Positions 1 through 9,835 of a DNA stretch of 64,000 nucleotides are shown here, piece by piece. Source of the stretch: an uncultured Acidobacteriota bacterium (lineage in GTDB: Bacteria; Acidobacteriota; Thermoanaerobaculia; Multivoradales; UBA5704); contig OY969474.1 in NCBI GenBank assembly GCA_963700145.1, forward strand, positions 1,056,001-1,120,000, given 5' to 3'. A program made the position numbers and the translations under genes. Under the pieces are notes generated by a model that was given only the letters and a program-made list of their open reading frames with translations, did not search any database and was not told the origin of the DNA. Within the stretch, counting starts at the first letter, position 1; each line of letters starts with the position of its first letter.

Positions 1-23
1 ATCTCGGGCTCCCCTACCAGCTG

Positions 24-1250
24 GTGCGCGACGAGCGGCAGTCGTACGGCGCCGCGTTCGTCTGGATCGCGAGCTCGTCGGTGCTCATCACCGCCGCCCT
101 GGCGCTCGGCGCCGGGCTCTTCGCGCCGCTCGATCCCGGGCTGCCGGCGGTGCTGCGGCTCTACGCGCTCTTCGTGCTGCTCGACGGGCTCGCCGTCGTG
201 CCCAAGGTGTTCTTCGAGCGGCGGCTCGAGGTGGGGCGGCTGGTGGGGCCGGAGATCCTGCGCGGCCTCGCCTTCGCCGTGGTGGGGATCACGCTCGCGG
301 CGCAGGGCTGGGGGGTGTGGGCGCTGGTCTGGGGGCAGCTCGTGAGCGGCGCGCTTTTCGCCGCGCTGCTCTGGCGGCGCGCCTGGGGAAGGATCCCGCT
401 GCACCGCGAGTCGGGCCGCGCGCTCGAGCTGGTGCGCAAGAGCCTCCTCCTCTTCGCTATCGCCCTCCTCGCCCTGCCGATGCCGTACGTCGCCCGCTTC
501 GTCCTCGGCGCCTTTGGCGGCGGCGCCTACGTGGTCGGGCAGTTCGGCAAGGCGCGCGACTGGGGGTTCCGCCTCCAGGAGCTGGTGCTGCCGGCGATCG
601 CCCGCGTCCTCTACCCGGCGCTCGTCGAGTACCGCGGCGACCGCACGCGCTACCTCGGCGCCTACCGCTACGGCACGGTCTCGATCCTGGCGCTCGAGAC
701 CCTCGCCGCCTACTTCCTCTTCTTCAACGCCGAGGTGGTGCTGCTGAAGGTCCTGATCGGCGAGAACTGGCGCCCGGCGGTACCGCTGCTGCAGATCCTC
801 TGCTTCGTGCCGCTCACCGACCCCTACTCGCGCCTCGGCGGCGAGCTACTCAAGGTCGAAGGCCAGGACCGCGCCTGGCTGGCGGTCGTCGGGTTGAACC
901 TCCTCTCCCTCGTCGGCTTCGGCGCGCTCCTGACGCGCGCGATGGGCGCGCCCGGGATGGCGTGGGCCAACTACCTCCTCCTCGGCAACCTGCTGATGGC
1001 CTGGCGGGTGGCGCGCGTCTGCGGCCCGCTCTTCTGGCGCCTCACCGGCGACCTGCTGCTCGTCTACCTCCTGCCGCTGCCGCTCTTCCTCGGCGCGGCC
1101 TGGCTCTTCCCCGACGGCTCCTGGGCGCGGCTCGCGGCGTCCGTCGCGGCGGCGGCGGTGGCCGGCCTCCTTCTCCTCGCCCGCTTCGCCGGGCCGCTGC
1201 GCCGGCTCTTCGCCGCGCCGGCGGCGGCCGCGGCGGCGGAGAGCGCGTGA
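24..1250 (+). CDS. Oligosaccharide flippase (Wzx/PST family), probably 5'-truncated by window edge
   Basis: Many hydrophobic helices, 'GWGVWALVWGQLV', 'ARVLYPAL'; sits upstream of glycosyltransferase; frame open to window start. Confidence 0.75.
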   Translation: MRDERQSYGAAFVWIASSSVLITAALALGAGLFAPLDPGLPAVLRLYALFVLLDGLAVVPKVFFERRLEVGRLVGPEILRGLAFAVVGITLAAQGWGVWALVWGQLVSGALFAALLWRRAWGRIPLHRESGRALELVRKSLLLFAIALLALPMPYVARFVLGAFGGGAYVVGQFGKARDWGFRLQELVLPAIARVLYPALVEYRGDRTRYLGAYRYGTVSILALETLAAYFLFFNAEVVLLKVLIGENWRPAVPLLQILCFVPLTDPYSRLGGELLKVEGQDRAWLAVVGLNLLSLVGFGALLTRAMGAPGMAWANYLLLGNLLMAWRVARVCGPLFWRLTGDLLLVYLLPLPLFLGAAWLFPDGSWARLAASVAAAAVAGLLLLARFAGPLRRLFAAPAAAAAAESA

Positions 1251-2356
1251 AGGTCGCCTTCGTGATGCCGGGGGTCGGCGTCGTCGAGCGCGGGGCGGAG
1301 GCGTTCGTCGTCGAGCTGGCGACGGCGCTCGCCGAGCGGCACGGCGTCCAGCCGGTGCTCTTCTCGCGCGGCCCGGCGCCGCTGCCGCACGCCCCGCTGC
1401 GGTCACTGCCGCGCGACAACCGGTTCGTCAACGCCGTCTACAACAAGACGCGGCTGGGCAGGAAAGCGCTCGACACCCTGTTCCTCGATCCGCTCAACCT
1501 CGAGTGGAGCACCGCGGCGCTCTCCTCGTTGCCCGGCCTCTTCCGCGGCGGCTTCGACGTCGTCGTGATGGAAGGCGGCCTCGCCGGCGCCTGGGCGGCG
1601 CGCCTCCTGCGGCAGCTCCGCGGCGTCCCGTTCGTGGACATCGCCCACGGCGTGGACCCCAAGTGGGAGGGCGCCTTCGCGCGCCAGAAGCCGAACCGCG
1701 TGGTGACCTTCACCGAGGCCGCGGCGCGCATGATCCGCGCGCGGGCGCCGCGGGCGCGGGTCGCCGTCATCCCGCACGGCATCGACCTGGAGCGCTTCCG
1801 CCCGGGCCTGCCGCCGGCCGCGGCGGCGAGCGCGCTCCCTCGCCCGCTCGTCCTCGCCGCCGGCGCCCTCGACGCGCACAAGCGCTTCGAGCTGACCGTC
1901 GAGGCGGTGGCGCGCATGGGAGAGGGAAGTCTCATGCTGCTCGGCGACGGCCCGGCGGCGCCGGCCCTCGACGCCCTCGCCGCCCGCCGGCTCGGCCCCG
2001 GGCGCTACCTGCGCGCCGGCGTGCCGCGCGCCGAGATACCCGCCTGGTACGCCGCCGCCGATTGCTTTACGATGCCGTCGCTCACGGAGTCCTTCGGCCT
2101 GACATACCTCGAAGCGATGGCCTGCGGTCTCCCCTGCGTGGCGCCCGACGACGCGGTGCGGCGGGAAGTGATCGGCGAGGCGGGGACGTTCTGCGCCGTC
2201 GCCGACCCCGACGCCTACGCCGGCGCGCTGGCCGAGACGCTCCAGCGCTCCTGGGGGGACCTCCCCCGCCGGCGCGCCGAGCGTTTCCCCTTCGCGGCCA
2301 CCGCTCGTGCTTATGCCGAGCTGTTCGCCCAGGTGACCGCCGAGGCGGCGCGATGA
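1247..2356 (+). CDS. Glycosyltransferase family 4
   Basis: GTG start overlapping previous stop (GTGA); 'VIPHGID' and 'ESFGLTYLEAMACGLP' GT4 motif. Confidence 0.9.
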   Translation: MKVAFVMPGVGVVERGAEAFVVELATALAERHGVQPVLFSRGPAPLPHAPLRSLPRDNRFVNAVYNKTRLGRKALDTLFLDPLNLEWSTAALSSLPGLFRGGFDVVVMEGGLAGAWAARLLRQLRGVPFVDIAHGVDPKWEGAFARQKPNRVVTFTEAAARMIRARAPRARVAVIPHGIDLERFRPGLPPAAAASALPRPLVLAAGALDAHKRFELTVEAVARMGEGSLMLLGDGPAAPALDALAARRLGPGRYLRAGVPRAEIPAWYAAADCFTMPSLTESFGLTYLEAMACGLPCVAPDDAVRREVIGEAGTFCAVADPDAYAGALAETLQRSWGDLPRRRAERFPFAATARAYAELFAQVTAEAAR

Positions 2357-3129
2357 TCCCGATCCTGATGCTCCACCACGTGGCCGACGGCCCCCTCGAG
2401 CCGCCGCCGCTCCACCCCGACAGCTACCTGCCGCGCGCCGAGCTGGCGCGGCACCTCGACGCGCTGGCCGCGGCCGGCTACCGCACGCTGACCCTGGCCG
2501 AGGCGGCGCGCGCGGGCGGCGAGCCGGCGGGCCGGAGCGTCGTCTTGACCTTCGACGACGGCTGCCGCTGCTTCGCCGAGCATGCCCTGCCGGAGCTTCT
2601 GGCGCGCGGCATGACGGCGACGGTCTTCGCGGTGAGCGAAGAGCTGGGTGGGGAGAACAGTTGGGACCGTGGCGCCGGTGAGCGACGCGAGCGGCTGATG
2701 TCCGCGGACGAGCTGCGGCAGATCGCGGGGCAAGGGATCGAGGTCGGGTCGCACGGGCGCTTGCACCGCGACCTCACCGCCTGCTCATCCGAGGAGCTGG
2801 AGGACGAGGCCGCCGGCTCCCGCCGCGACCTCGAAGCGGCCCTCGGCGCACCCGTCCTCACCTTCTGCTATCCCTACGGCCGCTGGAACGAGCGCGCCCG
2901 CGTGGCCGTCCGCACCGCCGGCTACGAGGCCGCGGTCGCGATCGAAGGCCACGGCCCGACCGGCGTCCGCGAGGACCTGCTCTCCCTACCCAGAAGCTTC
3001 CTGACCCCCGGCGAGAGCCGCTTCGAGCTGCTGCTCAAGGCCAGCGGCCGCTACCGCTTCTGGAAGCGCCTGCCGCGGCTCGGCGTCCTCGCCGCCCTCC
3101 GCCGCCCCGCCTCCGGAGGCGCAGGTTGA
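2353..3129 (+). CDS. Polysaccharide deacetylase (NodB-like)
   Basis: ATGA overlap; 'LTFDDG', 'EVGSHG', 'FCYPYG' motifs. Confidence 0.9.
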   Translation: MIPILMLHHVADGPLEPPPLHPDSYLPRAELARHLDALAAAGYRTLTLAEAARAGGEPAGRSVVLTFDDGCRCFAEHALPELLARGMTATVFAVSEELGGENSWDRGAGERRERLMSADELRQIAGQGIEVGSHGRLHRDLTACSSEELEDEAAGSRRDLEAALGAPVLTFCYPYGRWNERARVAVRTAGYEAAVAIEGHGPTGVREDLLSLPRSFLTPGESRFELLLKASGRYRFWKRLPRLGVLAALRRPASGGAG

Positions 3130-4778
3130 GCCTCTGGCCGCGGCTCGGCCGCGACTTCGCGCGCCTGCGCGCCGTCAAGGCGCGCGGCTTCTGGCTCGCC
3201 CTCTTCGACGCCCTCCTCTTCGACTCCGGCTTCCAGGCCCTCCTCGCCTACCGCATGGGGCACACCCTGCTGCGCTGGCGGGTGCCGGTCCTGCCCGCCG
3301 TCTGCCGCCGCTGGGCGGTCGGCGCCTGCGCGGTGGACATCCTGCCGCGCGCCGAGATCGGCGGCGGCTGCATCGTGGCGCACGGCGTGGGGCTGGTCGT
3401 CGGCGGTCGGACGGTGATCGGCGAGGACTGCACGCTCCTCCACGGCGTCACCCTGGGCGAGGCGCGCTTCGTCGAGCTGGACTGCCCGCGCGTCGGCAAC
3501 CGGGTGACGATCGGCGCCGGCGCCAAGGTGCTCGGCGGCATCGCCGTCGGCGACGACGCCGCGATCGGCGCCAACGCCGTGGTGCTGCACGACGTCCCAG
3601 CCGGCGCCGTCGTCGCCGGCATCCCGGCGCGCGAGGTCGGCGCCCGCCGCAGCGCCGTCGCCCTCGCGCTCCTGCTCCTCGCCGCGACCTTGGCCTCGGC
3701 GCCGCTCGCCGCCGCGCCGCTCAAGCTGTGCGACGACGCCACTTCGATCACGCCGATCGGCGTCGACACCAAGTCCGGCCTCACGCTCCTCGCCCTGCCG
3801 GGGCGCGACGGTGGGCGCGGCTGGATCGTCGAGCTGCCCGCCGGCGGCGGCGCCGCGCGGCTCCACGAAGACCGAACGCAGGGGCGCTCCGGCGGGTCGG
3901 TCGGGCCGGGCCCGATCCTTTCGGTCCTGCCGTGCGGCCCGACCTGCATCCAGCCGGTGCGGTGGGAGGGCGGCGCCTGGAAGCCGCTCGGCGAGTCGTT
4001 CGCGGCGCCGTCGGTGAGCACCGCCGCCTCGACCTGGGACGACACCGGTCACCCCTGGATCGTGCTCCACGGCCAGCGGCAGGAGGGCGGCCGGATGACG
4101 GCCTGGGCCTTCCGCCTGGAGACCGGGGCGCGCGAGTGGAAGTCGAAGGGGAGCCTGCTGATCGCCGCCGCCGGCCCGCCGGAGGCGATCCCGGCGCCGC
4201 AGCGGAAGGACGGCGTCCTCTCGGGGAGCGGCCTCTTCGCCGCTTCGGGGCGCCCGGCGCACTGGGTGAGCGGTCTCCCGGTGCTGCCCGCCAACCGGCG
4301 CGGGCAGGTCGTGCCGCTCGCCGGCAGCGCCGCCGCCTACCTCTCGGCCGACGGCGCCGTCTACGTCTCGCGCGACGGCGGCAAGAAGTGGACGCGCTCG
4401 CTGTGGGCCCCGTGGGGGACCGCGGGGGTGACCGACAGCTGGCGCCAGGGGAGCGACTTCTGGGTGGACCTGCCGGTCGGGGTGCAGCGCGGGCCGCTCC
4501 AGCTCGCCTGGTTCGACCGCCGCGTGCCGAGCGACGAGCGGCTCTATCTCACGGAGCTGGACGCCACGACCGACTGGCGCGTCGTCGCCCAGGCGCCCTC
4601 GACCGTGCGCACCAAGGGAGAAGCCCGGCTCGCCGTCTCCCACCTTCTCGCGCCGCGCGAACGCGAGTGGCTCGTCCTCCACGGCTGCGTGGCGACCGCC
4701 GAAGGCTCCGGCCTCGTCGTCCGCACCGTCGGCCCGGCGGGGCTCTCCGCGCCGAAGCTGCTGCCGCTCACGAAGTAA
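3126..4778 (+). CDS. CysE-like hexapeptide O-acetyltransferase fused to signal-peptide-like segment and extracytoplasmic domain
   Basis: N-terminal ~175 aa hexapeptide repeats ('IGAGAKVLGGIAVGDDAAIGANAVVLHDVP'), then RRSAVALALLLLAATLASAPLAAA, then Asp-box 'YVSRDGGKKW'. Confidence 0.7.
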   Translation: MSLWPRLGRDFARLRAVKARGFWLALFDALLFDSGFQALLAYRMGHTLLRWRVPVLPAVCRRWAVGACAVDILPRAEIGGGCIVAHGVGLVVGGRTVIGEDCTLLHGVTLGEARFVELDCPRVGNRVTIGAGAKVLGGIAVGDDAAIGANAVVLHDVPAGAVVAGIPAREVGARRSAVALALLLLAATLASAPLAAAPLKLCDDATSITPIGVDTKSGLTLLALPGRDGGRGWIVELPAGGGAARLHEDRTQGRSGGSVGPGPILSVLPCGPTCIQPVRWEGGAWKPLGESFAAPSVSTAASTWDDTGHPWIVLHGQRQEGGRMTAWAFRLETGAREWKSKGSLLIAAAGPPEAIPAPQRKDGVLSGSGLFAASGRPAHWVSGLPVLPANRRGQVVPLAGSAAAYLSADGAVYVSRDGGKKWTRSLWAPWGTAGVTDSWRQGSDFWVDLPVGVQRGPLQLAWFDRRVPSDERLYLTELDATTDWRVVAQAPSTVRTKGEARLAVSHLLAPREREWLVLHGCVATAEGSGLVVRTVGPAGLSAPKLLPLTK

Positions 4779-4783
4779 ACGAC

Positions 4784-5049
4784 GAACCCAGTGGTTCGGC
4801 GGCCGAACCTACTGGATCAGCGGCCGAACCCAATGGTTCAGCGGCGAAACCCACTGGATCAGTGGCTGAACCCAGTGGATCACCGGCTGAACCCAGTGGA
4901 TCACCGGCCGAACCCAGTGGGTCAGCGGCTGAACCCAGTGGATCAGCCACTGAACCGAGTGGATCTACGGCGGAACCCAGTGGATCTGCGCCGGAACCCA
5001 GTGGGTCGGCCGGCGAACCCGCTGGGTCCGTCGGCGAACCGGCTGGGTT
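4784..5049. repeat. 21-bp tandem repeat, ~13 units (consensus GAACCCAGTGGATCAGCGGCN)
   Basis: GAACC (AAACC in one unit) recurs exactly every 21 bp: 4784, 4805, 4826 ... 5036. Confidence 0.95.
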
Positions 5050-5592
5050 TTACGCCCGCGCCGGCGCCCCGGTCTGCGCCGGGATGCGCAGCACCTGGCC
5101 TGGGTAGATCTCGTCCGGATCCTTGAGCAGCGGCCGGTTGGCCTCGAAGATCCGGTTGTAGGCGTTGGCGTCGCCGTAGTGCTGCTTGGCAATCTTCGAC
5201 AGGGTGTCGCCCTTGACGACCGTGTAGAACTGGCCCTGCCCGTAAGACGCCGCCGCCACCCCTGCGCCGCCGACGGTCATCTGGTCGTCGACCTCGCCGA
5301 TCCCCTCGTGGTTGCCAACCAGGAGCGCCACCTTCTCGCGCTCCTCCTGGCTGGCGGCCTTCCCCTTGACGACCGCCTTGTCCCCGTCCACGCGGACGCT
5401 GAACTCTTCGACCTTGAAGCCCATCTGCTCGACCACCTTGACCAGCGCGGCGGCGCGCCGGCGGTCGTGTAGATCCTTCACCTGCTGGGCCGAAGGCGCC
5501 TGCCCGGCGCCCCCCGCCGGCTGCTTCGGCTCGTCGTCGTCCCCCAGCCGCAGCTTGCGGCCCACGTCCTTGGCGAACTGGATCAGACCCAT
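5050..5592 (-). CDS. lysM: BON-LysM protein (Kbp/YgaU family)
   Basis: 'MGLIQFAKDVGRKL', BON domain, 'YTVVKGDTLSKIAKQHYG...IYPGQVLRIP'. Confidence 0.92.
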   Translation of the reverse strand: MGLIQFAKDVGRKLRLGDDDEPKQPAGGAGQAPSAQQVKDLHDRRRAAALVKVVEQMGFKVEEFSVRVDGDKAVVKGKAASQEEREKVALLVGNHEGIGEVDDQMTVGGAGVAAASYGQGQFYTVVKGDTLSKIAKQHYGDANAYNRIFEANRPLLKDPDEIYPGQVLRIPAQTGAPARA

Positions 5593-5674
5593 GACTGTCC
5601 TCCTTGGCAGAATTGACTCGGATGCGGGCGCACGGCGCGCCCCGGCAACCCAGCGTTTGCAAGGAGGCTGCCGC

Positions 5675-5962
5675 CTAGGCAGCCGAAAGGCGGGTCACAC
5701 GCAGCCTGGCGCGTTTCTTCTCAGCCTGCCAGAGGTCATATTGGACCTGTTGGCCAAGCCAGCTCTCCGCCGTCGTATCGAAAGCCAGCGAGAGGCGCAC
5801 GGCCATCTCGGGGCTGATGCCGACGCGTCCGTTGACGATCCCGGAGAGGGTCTTGCGGCTGACGCCCAGGGCCCTGGCCGCATCGGTGACCGTCAAGCCG
5901 AGCGGCTCCAAGCAGAGCGATCTCAGGACCTCTCCCGGATGTGGCGGATTGTGCATCCTCAT
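5675..5962 (-). CDS. higA: HigA antitoxin (HTH)
   Basis: '[10 protein letters not shown]...[14 protein letters not shown]...ISPEMAVRL...[11 protein letters not shown]'. Confidence 0.92.
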   Translation of the reverse strand: MRMHNPPHPGEVLRSLCLEPLGLTVTDAARALGVSRKTLSGIVNGRVGISPEMAVRLSLAFDTTAESWLGQQVQYDLWQAEKKRARLRVTRLSAA

Positions 5963-5972
5963 GGTTCCAGCC

Positions 5973-6254
5973 TCAGTGATAGTCCTCGTAGTCGACCTGA
6001 TCCACGTCCTTCTCCACGAAAGCGAACGTCACTCTCCAGTTGCCGCTCACGCTGACCGCCCAAGTTCCCTGACGGTCACCCTTGAGGGGGTGCAGGCGGA
6101 GCCCCGGGAGGTTCATGTCCCGCGGTTCAGTGGCGACGTTCAAGCGGCCCAAGATGAGGCGAAGCCGCGCCGCGTGCTGCGCCTGGACCTTGGATGTCTT
6201 CCCTTCGGTGAAGAACAGCTCCAGCCCTTTGTGCCGGAAGCTGCGGATCGCCAC
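5973..6254 (-). CDS. higB: HigB toxin (RelE-like killer protein)
   Basis: 'IRSFRHKGL...[24 protein letters not shown]...DYEDYH', toxin upstream of antitoxin. Confidence 0.92.
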   Translation of the reverse strand: MAIRSFRHKGLELFFTEGKTSKVQAQHAARLRLILGRLNVATEPRDMNLPGLRLHPLKGDRQGTWAVSVSGNWRVTFAFVEKDVDQVDYEDYH

Positions 6255-6305
6255 GGCCCGAGTGTAACCCCTGGCTTCACAGGCCGCAAGGCAGGGCTCG
6301 TCCGC

Positions 6306-7337
6306 CTAAGGCTCTTCCGCCGCCTCGTAGAGAGCCTGGACCCACTTCGTGTCTTTTCTCTGCCTGAGCCACTTCCGCTCGAGCTTCTTGATGAGCGCGT
6401 TTGCGGCGAGGCGACGTTCCTCGCCGCTCAGCTCTCCAAGCAACTGGAGCACCGTGGCTTCGCCCGCGTTCGCTCGGTCGATCGCCTTGACCCGCAGCTC
6501 CCATGAGACGGTGATCGGCTCCTTCTTGGGCGGCGGCGGCGCCGGTACGACGAAGAACCCGTAGCTCGCCGAAGTCTTGCCGCCGATCCCGAGCCAATCG
6601 AGGGCGGCGCGCAGCAGGGCCTCGAGCTGCTGCCAGTCTTCGTCCGAAGCGCCGGCGGCCAGTCGGAGGGGGAAGGCGAACCGCGTTCCCGGTGCGACCG
6701 TGAGGAACGGCACGGGCGTGGGGTCGTTCCAGTCGGCCGGGAAATGCCCGCCTTCTTGGGTGTAGTACGCGCTCTGATGGGGTGTCAGGACGTCGACGTC
6801 GAGGCTCGGCCAGCGGACCGGAAAAGCGTCGAAGCAAGTGAGCTGTCCTCGCGCTGGCGTCACATGGGCCTGGATCGCCGGGCCGAAGAGCCGCTGCAGG
6901 TTGTCGCGCCAATAGTCGGCTGCGGCCGGTTGACCGTCGACGGGCAGGTCGCCGGCGGCCGCCTCCCGGGCGGCGTGCCGCAACACTCCCTTGACGCTGG
7001 AGCCGGGCAGATACGGGCAACCTGTCAGCCGGTCGAGCAAGAAGCCAGTCTCCACCGGCTGCGGCAGTCCCAAGCCGACGACGAGGCGGCTCTGCGTGAC
7101 CAGCTCGAAACGCTTGGCCCCGACCGCCTCCAACGCCTTGGCCCGGCGGTCCCAAAGTTTGCTGAGGTCGCCTTCGAAGCGCGCCGCGAATCCCAGGAGG
7201 AACTGCCCCTTCTGCTCCGCCCCAAGCGCCCAGTCTCCGTTGTACGTCCCGACGCCCTGATCGAAGACGAGCGAGCGGTTCGTCGCCGGATGCTCCAGCA
7301 AGGCTTTCCTGCCTGGCGGCAGGGGGTAACCGTTCAC
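6306..7337 (-). CDS. cmr6: Type III-B RAMP Cmr6
   Basis: 'PYLPGSSVKG', 'DVLTPH', 'WNDPTPVPFLTV', 'GIGGKTSASYG'. Confidence 0.92.
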   Translation of the reverse strand: MNGYPLPPGRKALLEHPATNRSLVFDQGVGTYNGDWALGAEQKGQFLLGFAARFEGDLSKLWDRRAKALEAVGAKRFELVTQSRLVVGLGLPQPVETGFLLDRLTGCPYLPGSSVKGVLRHAAREAAAGDLPVDGQPAAADYWRDNLQRLFGPAIQAHVTPARGQLTCFDAFPVRWPSLDVDVLTPHQSAYYTQEGGHFPADWNDPTPVPFLTVAPGTRFAFPLRLAAGASDEDWQQLEALLRAALDWLGIGGKTSASYGFFVVPAPPPPKKEPITVSWELRVKAIDRANAGEATVLQLLGELSGEERRLAANALIKKLERKWLRQRKDTKWVQALYEAAEEP

Positions 7338-7732
7338 TCTGCCTCGCCCTGAATGAAGGCCTCGGCAAAGCGCTTGAGCCAGTTGGCGAGCGCCCGCGCC
7401 TCGGCCGAGGCCCGCCGGTACTTGGGCTCGATCTCCGTCTCGCCGAGGTCGGAAGCCTTAGCTCCGGTCAGGCACTCGATCAACGTCCCCCGCGCGTAGA
7501 CGCCGGCATGGCCTTGCTTGAGCCACTTCTCCAGCCAGGTGTAGACCTCCCGCTCCGGCGAGTCGGACTTCTGCGCCAGGAGATAGCCCACGGTCTGGCC
7601 GAGGCCGTTGTTGTGGAGCCGTGCCGGCAGCTTGAGGAGCTGTGTCTTGAACTTCGCCGCCTTCGGGCTCTGCTTCACTCTCTCGACCTGCTCGAGCGCA
7701 AACTTGGCGCGCTGCTGTTCGAGCTTCAGCAT
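7334..7732 (-). CDS. cmr5: Type III-B small subunit Cmr5
   Basis: 'LEQQRAKFA...LPARLHNNGLGQT...WLKRFAEA'; position between cmr4 and cmr6. Confidence 0.9.
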   Translation of the reverse strand: MLKLEQQRAKFALEQVERVKQSPKAAKFKTQLLKLPARLHNNGLGQTVGYLLAQKSDSPEREVYTWLEKWLKQGHAGVYARGTLIECLTGAKASDLGETEIEPKYRRASAEARALANWLKRFAEAFIQGEAE

Positions 7733-7734
7733 GG

Positions 7735-8613
7735 TCAGCTCCTCGCCGCCAGGTACTTCACGTGGGTCACGCCACGCCCGATGCTCTCGTCGCCGCCGAT
7801 GCGCACGACGGCCGGCAGCGTCGTCAAGAGGTCCTTGGGCTCCTCCAATGCCCGCAACGGGCAGAGGAAGAGCGTCTCGGGCGGCACCACTTCCTCGACG
7901 AACATGTTGCCCTGCAACTCCTCCGAGCTCTTGCCGGGATGGTCCTTGGCCTCGAGGGTCACCGTCGTCCCGAGATAGTTGAGCTTGATCCGGGTGACGA
8001 CCTCGGTACCCACTTGGATCAGCTCTTTGAAGTCCTCGTCCGCGGTGACCACGAGATGATCCGGGAAGAGCTTCCGGGTGTAAGCGAAGCCCTTCGAATC
8101 GTCCGGCAAGAGGTCGAGCAGGGCCGCGGACCACTGCGTCAGCTCGGCCTGCGGGCGCTTCGCGAGCCGCACTTCGTCCAGGAGCACATCTCCATTCCCG
8201 TTCGCCCAACCGGAGCCGGCGGGCGGCGCCTCCACCTTCCGCGGCCTCCCCAGCGCACGGAACGCCCGTTCCAGGACGAATGGACAAGTCACCCAGTGGA
8301 ACGGCGCGCCCGAGGAGCGCACGGGAAAGGCGATCAGAATGCCGTCGCCGAAGGAGACGCTTCCCGGCCGGCCGGGCTTGTCGGGCGCCACCTCCGCCGC
8401 GCCGAAGACTTCATCGAGGCTCGGGAGCTTCCCCCGCAGCTCGTCACGGAGCACCCCCTTGAGCGTCGAACCCGGAATCACCGGGTAATCGGTGTGCCGC
8501 TCGCGCTGGACCGGCAGATCGACGTACCCAGCGCCGCTTTCGGCCCCGCAGTGCAAGGGCGTCTCCGTGTATAGCCCGAGCACCCCGATCTCGGAAAAGC
8601 TCTTTCTACCCAT
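7735..8613 (-). CDS. cmr4: Type III-B RAMP Cmr4 (target RNase)
   Basis: 'TPLHCGA...VDLPVQRERHTDYPVIPGSTLKG', 'IGGDESIGRG'; catalytic-type Asp present; AGGA RBS before ATG 8613. Confidence 0.93.
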   Translation of the reverse strand: MGRKSFSEIGVLGLYTETPLHCGAESGAGYVDLPVQRERHTDYPVIPGSTLKGVLRDELRGKLPSLDEVFGAAEVAPDKPGRPGSVSFGDGILIAFPVRSSGAPFHWVTCPFVLERAFRALGRPRKVEAPPAGSGWANGNGDVLLDEVRLAKRPQAELTQWSAALLDLLPDDSKGFAYTRKLFPDHLVVTADEDFKELIQVGTEVVTRIKLNYLGTTVTLEAKDHPGKSSEELQGNMFVEEVVPPETLFLCPLRALEEPKDLLTTLPAVVRIGGDESIGRGVTHVKYLAARS

Positions 8614-8629
8614 CCTCGATATCTCCTCT

Positions 8630-9835
8630 TCAAGCCTCCGCGCCGACCAGCGCGAGACCAAAACCCTGACGCCCGAGCTCCTCGCCAGGAAAATCCGCAA
8701 CAGCTTCGCCGTGAAGAAGCGCGGCCGCACCGGCGGCGCCACCGGCTTCCTTGCTCTCGAACAGAAAGACGGAGCCTGCAGGGAGCACCCGCCGGAGCGG
8801 CTTGGACCGTCTCCGAGCGACATCCCACCCGCCCGCGAGAGCGAAGCCGGGCAATGCCGCCGCGACGAGACGACACGGCAGCTCCCGAGCGCCGGAGAGA
8901 TTGTCCGCCGCGAAACCGGGCGGGTAGCCGCCGGCCGCCGAGAACGTCGGCGTCGCGACGTACAACCGGAAGCGCTCCGATCCTCCGAGCAGCGGCGGCT
9001 GAGTGAACGGCAGTTGCGGCCCCGCGGCGAGCCGCGCGGTACGGCCGTCCCCGCCGAGCCGGACCTGACCCTCGGGGGCGAGCGCCGTCCCGGCGACCTC
9101 GAAGCCGATCGTCACCCCTCGGCGCAGGCGCACGTAGCCGAAGGTGTAGAGCATGTGCTCCTTGGCCATGCGGTCGCGATCATCGATGCCGAGCCCCACT
9201 CGCACCTCGTCCATCCACAGCTCCTCGGCGGAAACGAAATCCTGCGGCTCGGGCACCTGGCCAGCAGACCAGCGCTCGAAGCCGCTCGCGGTCAAGAACC
9301 ATCCAGCCGCTGACTCGGGCTCCCGCTCGGGCGGCGCCGGCCAGCGACGCCACGCGGTGCCGGTCCACTCGTGGGGCTCCAAAAGAGCGAGGGGATGAGA
9401 CCAACTGGCGCCCCCTGCCTCGACAGGTCGGAGGCGGAACACGTGGGTAACAGAAGGCGGTTCCGGTTCCTCGAAGTGTTTTTTCGCCTTCGGTGTCCGA
9501 TGGACCAGGACCTCGAGATCGGCGGGAGCCGCGAGCAGCACCTCGCCGTGCCGCACCAGCCACGGCCCGCGGAGGGCAAGGGAGCCGAAGCCGCCCCACG
9601 GCCCCAGCTCATCCACGAGCTGCCCGAGGAGACTCGACCACGTCGCGCCGTCGAGGTGGTCGAGCGGCAGTCGCGCGTCCAGCAGCCGCCGCGTGCGGAG
9701 GGCGCCGTAAAGTGTCGAGGGGTACGGCGGAAAGAGGGACCGCAGGTAGTGGTCCGCGCCCAGGCTGCTCGGCTTGCCATCGCGGAAGAACAGGATGTCG
9801 TCCGGTACCGCCTGCAGCGCTTTCCAGCTCATCAC
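8630..9835 (-). CDS. cmr3: Type III-B Cmr3 (Cas5 family)
   Basis: 'DILFFRDGKP', 'PPYPSTLYGALR', 'RLGGDGR', 'GGWD...PAGSVF', 'QGFG'. Confidence 0.92.
   Translation of the reverse strand: MMSWKALQAVPDDILFFRDGKPSSLGADHYLRSLFPPYPSTLYGALRTRRLLDARLPLDHLDGATWSSLLGQLVDELGPWGGFGSLALRGPWLVRHGEVLLAAPADLEVLVHRTPKAKKHFEEPEPPSVTHVFRLRPVEAGGASWSHPLALLEPHEWTGTAWRRWPAPPEREPESAAGWFLTASGFERWSAGQVPEPQDFVSAEELWMDEVRVGLGIDDRDRMAKEHMLYTFGYVRLRRGVTIGFEVAGTALAPEGQVRLGGDGRTARLAAGPQLPFTQPPLLGGSERFRLYVATPTFSAAGGYPPGFAADNLSGARELPCRLVAAALPGFALAGGWDVARRRSKPLRRVLPAGSVFLFESKEAGGAAGAAALLHGEAVADFPGEELGRQGFGLALVGAEA

Noticed and set aside
4784-5049. 21-bp repeat as a mini CRISPR array
   Set aside because: Units are contiguous with no unique spacers
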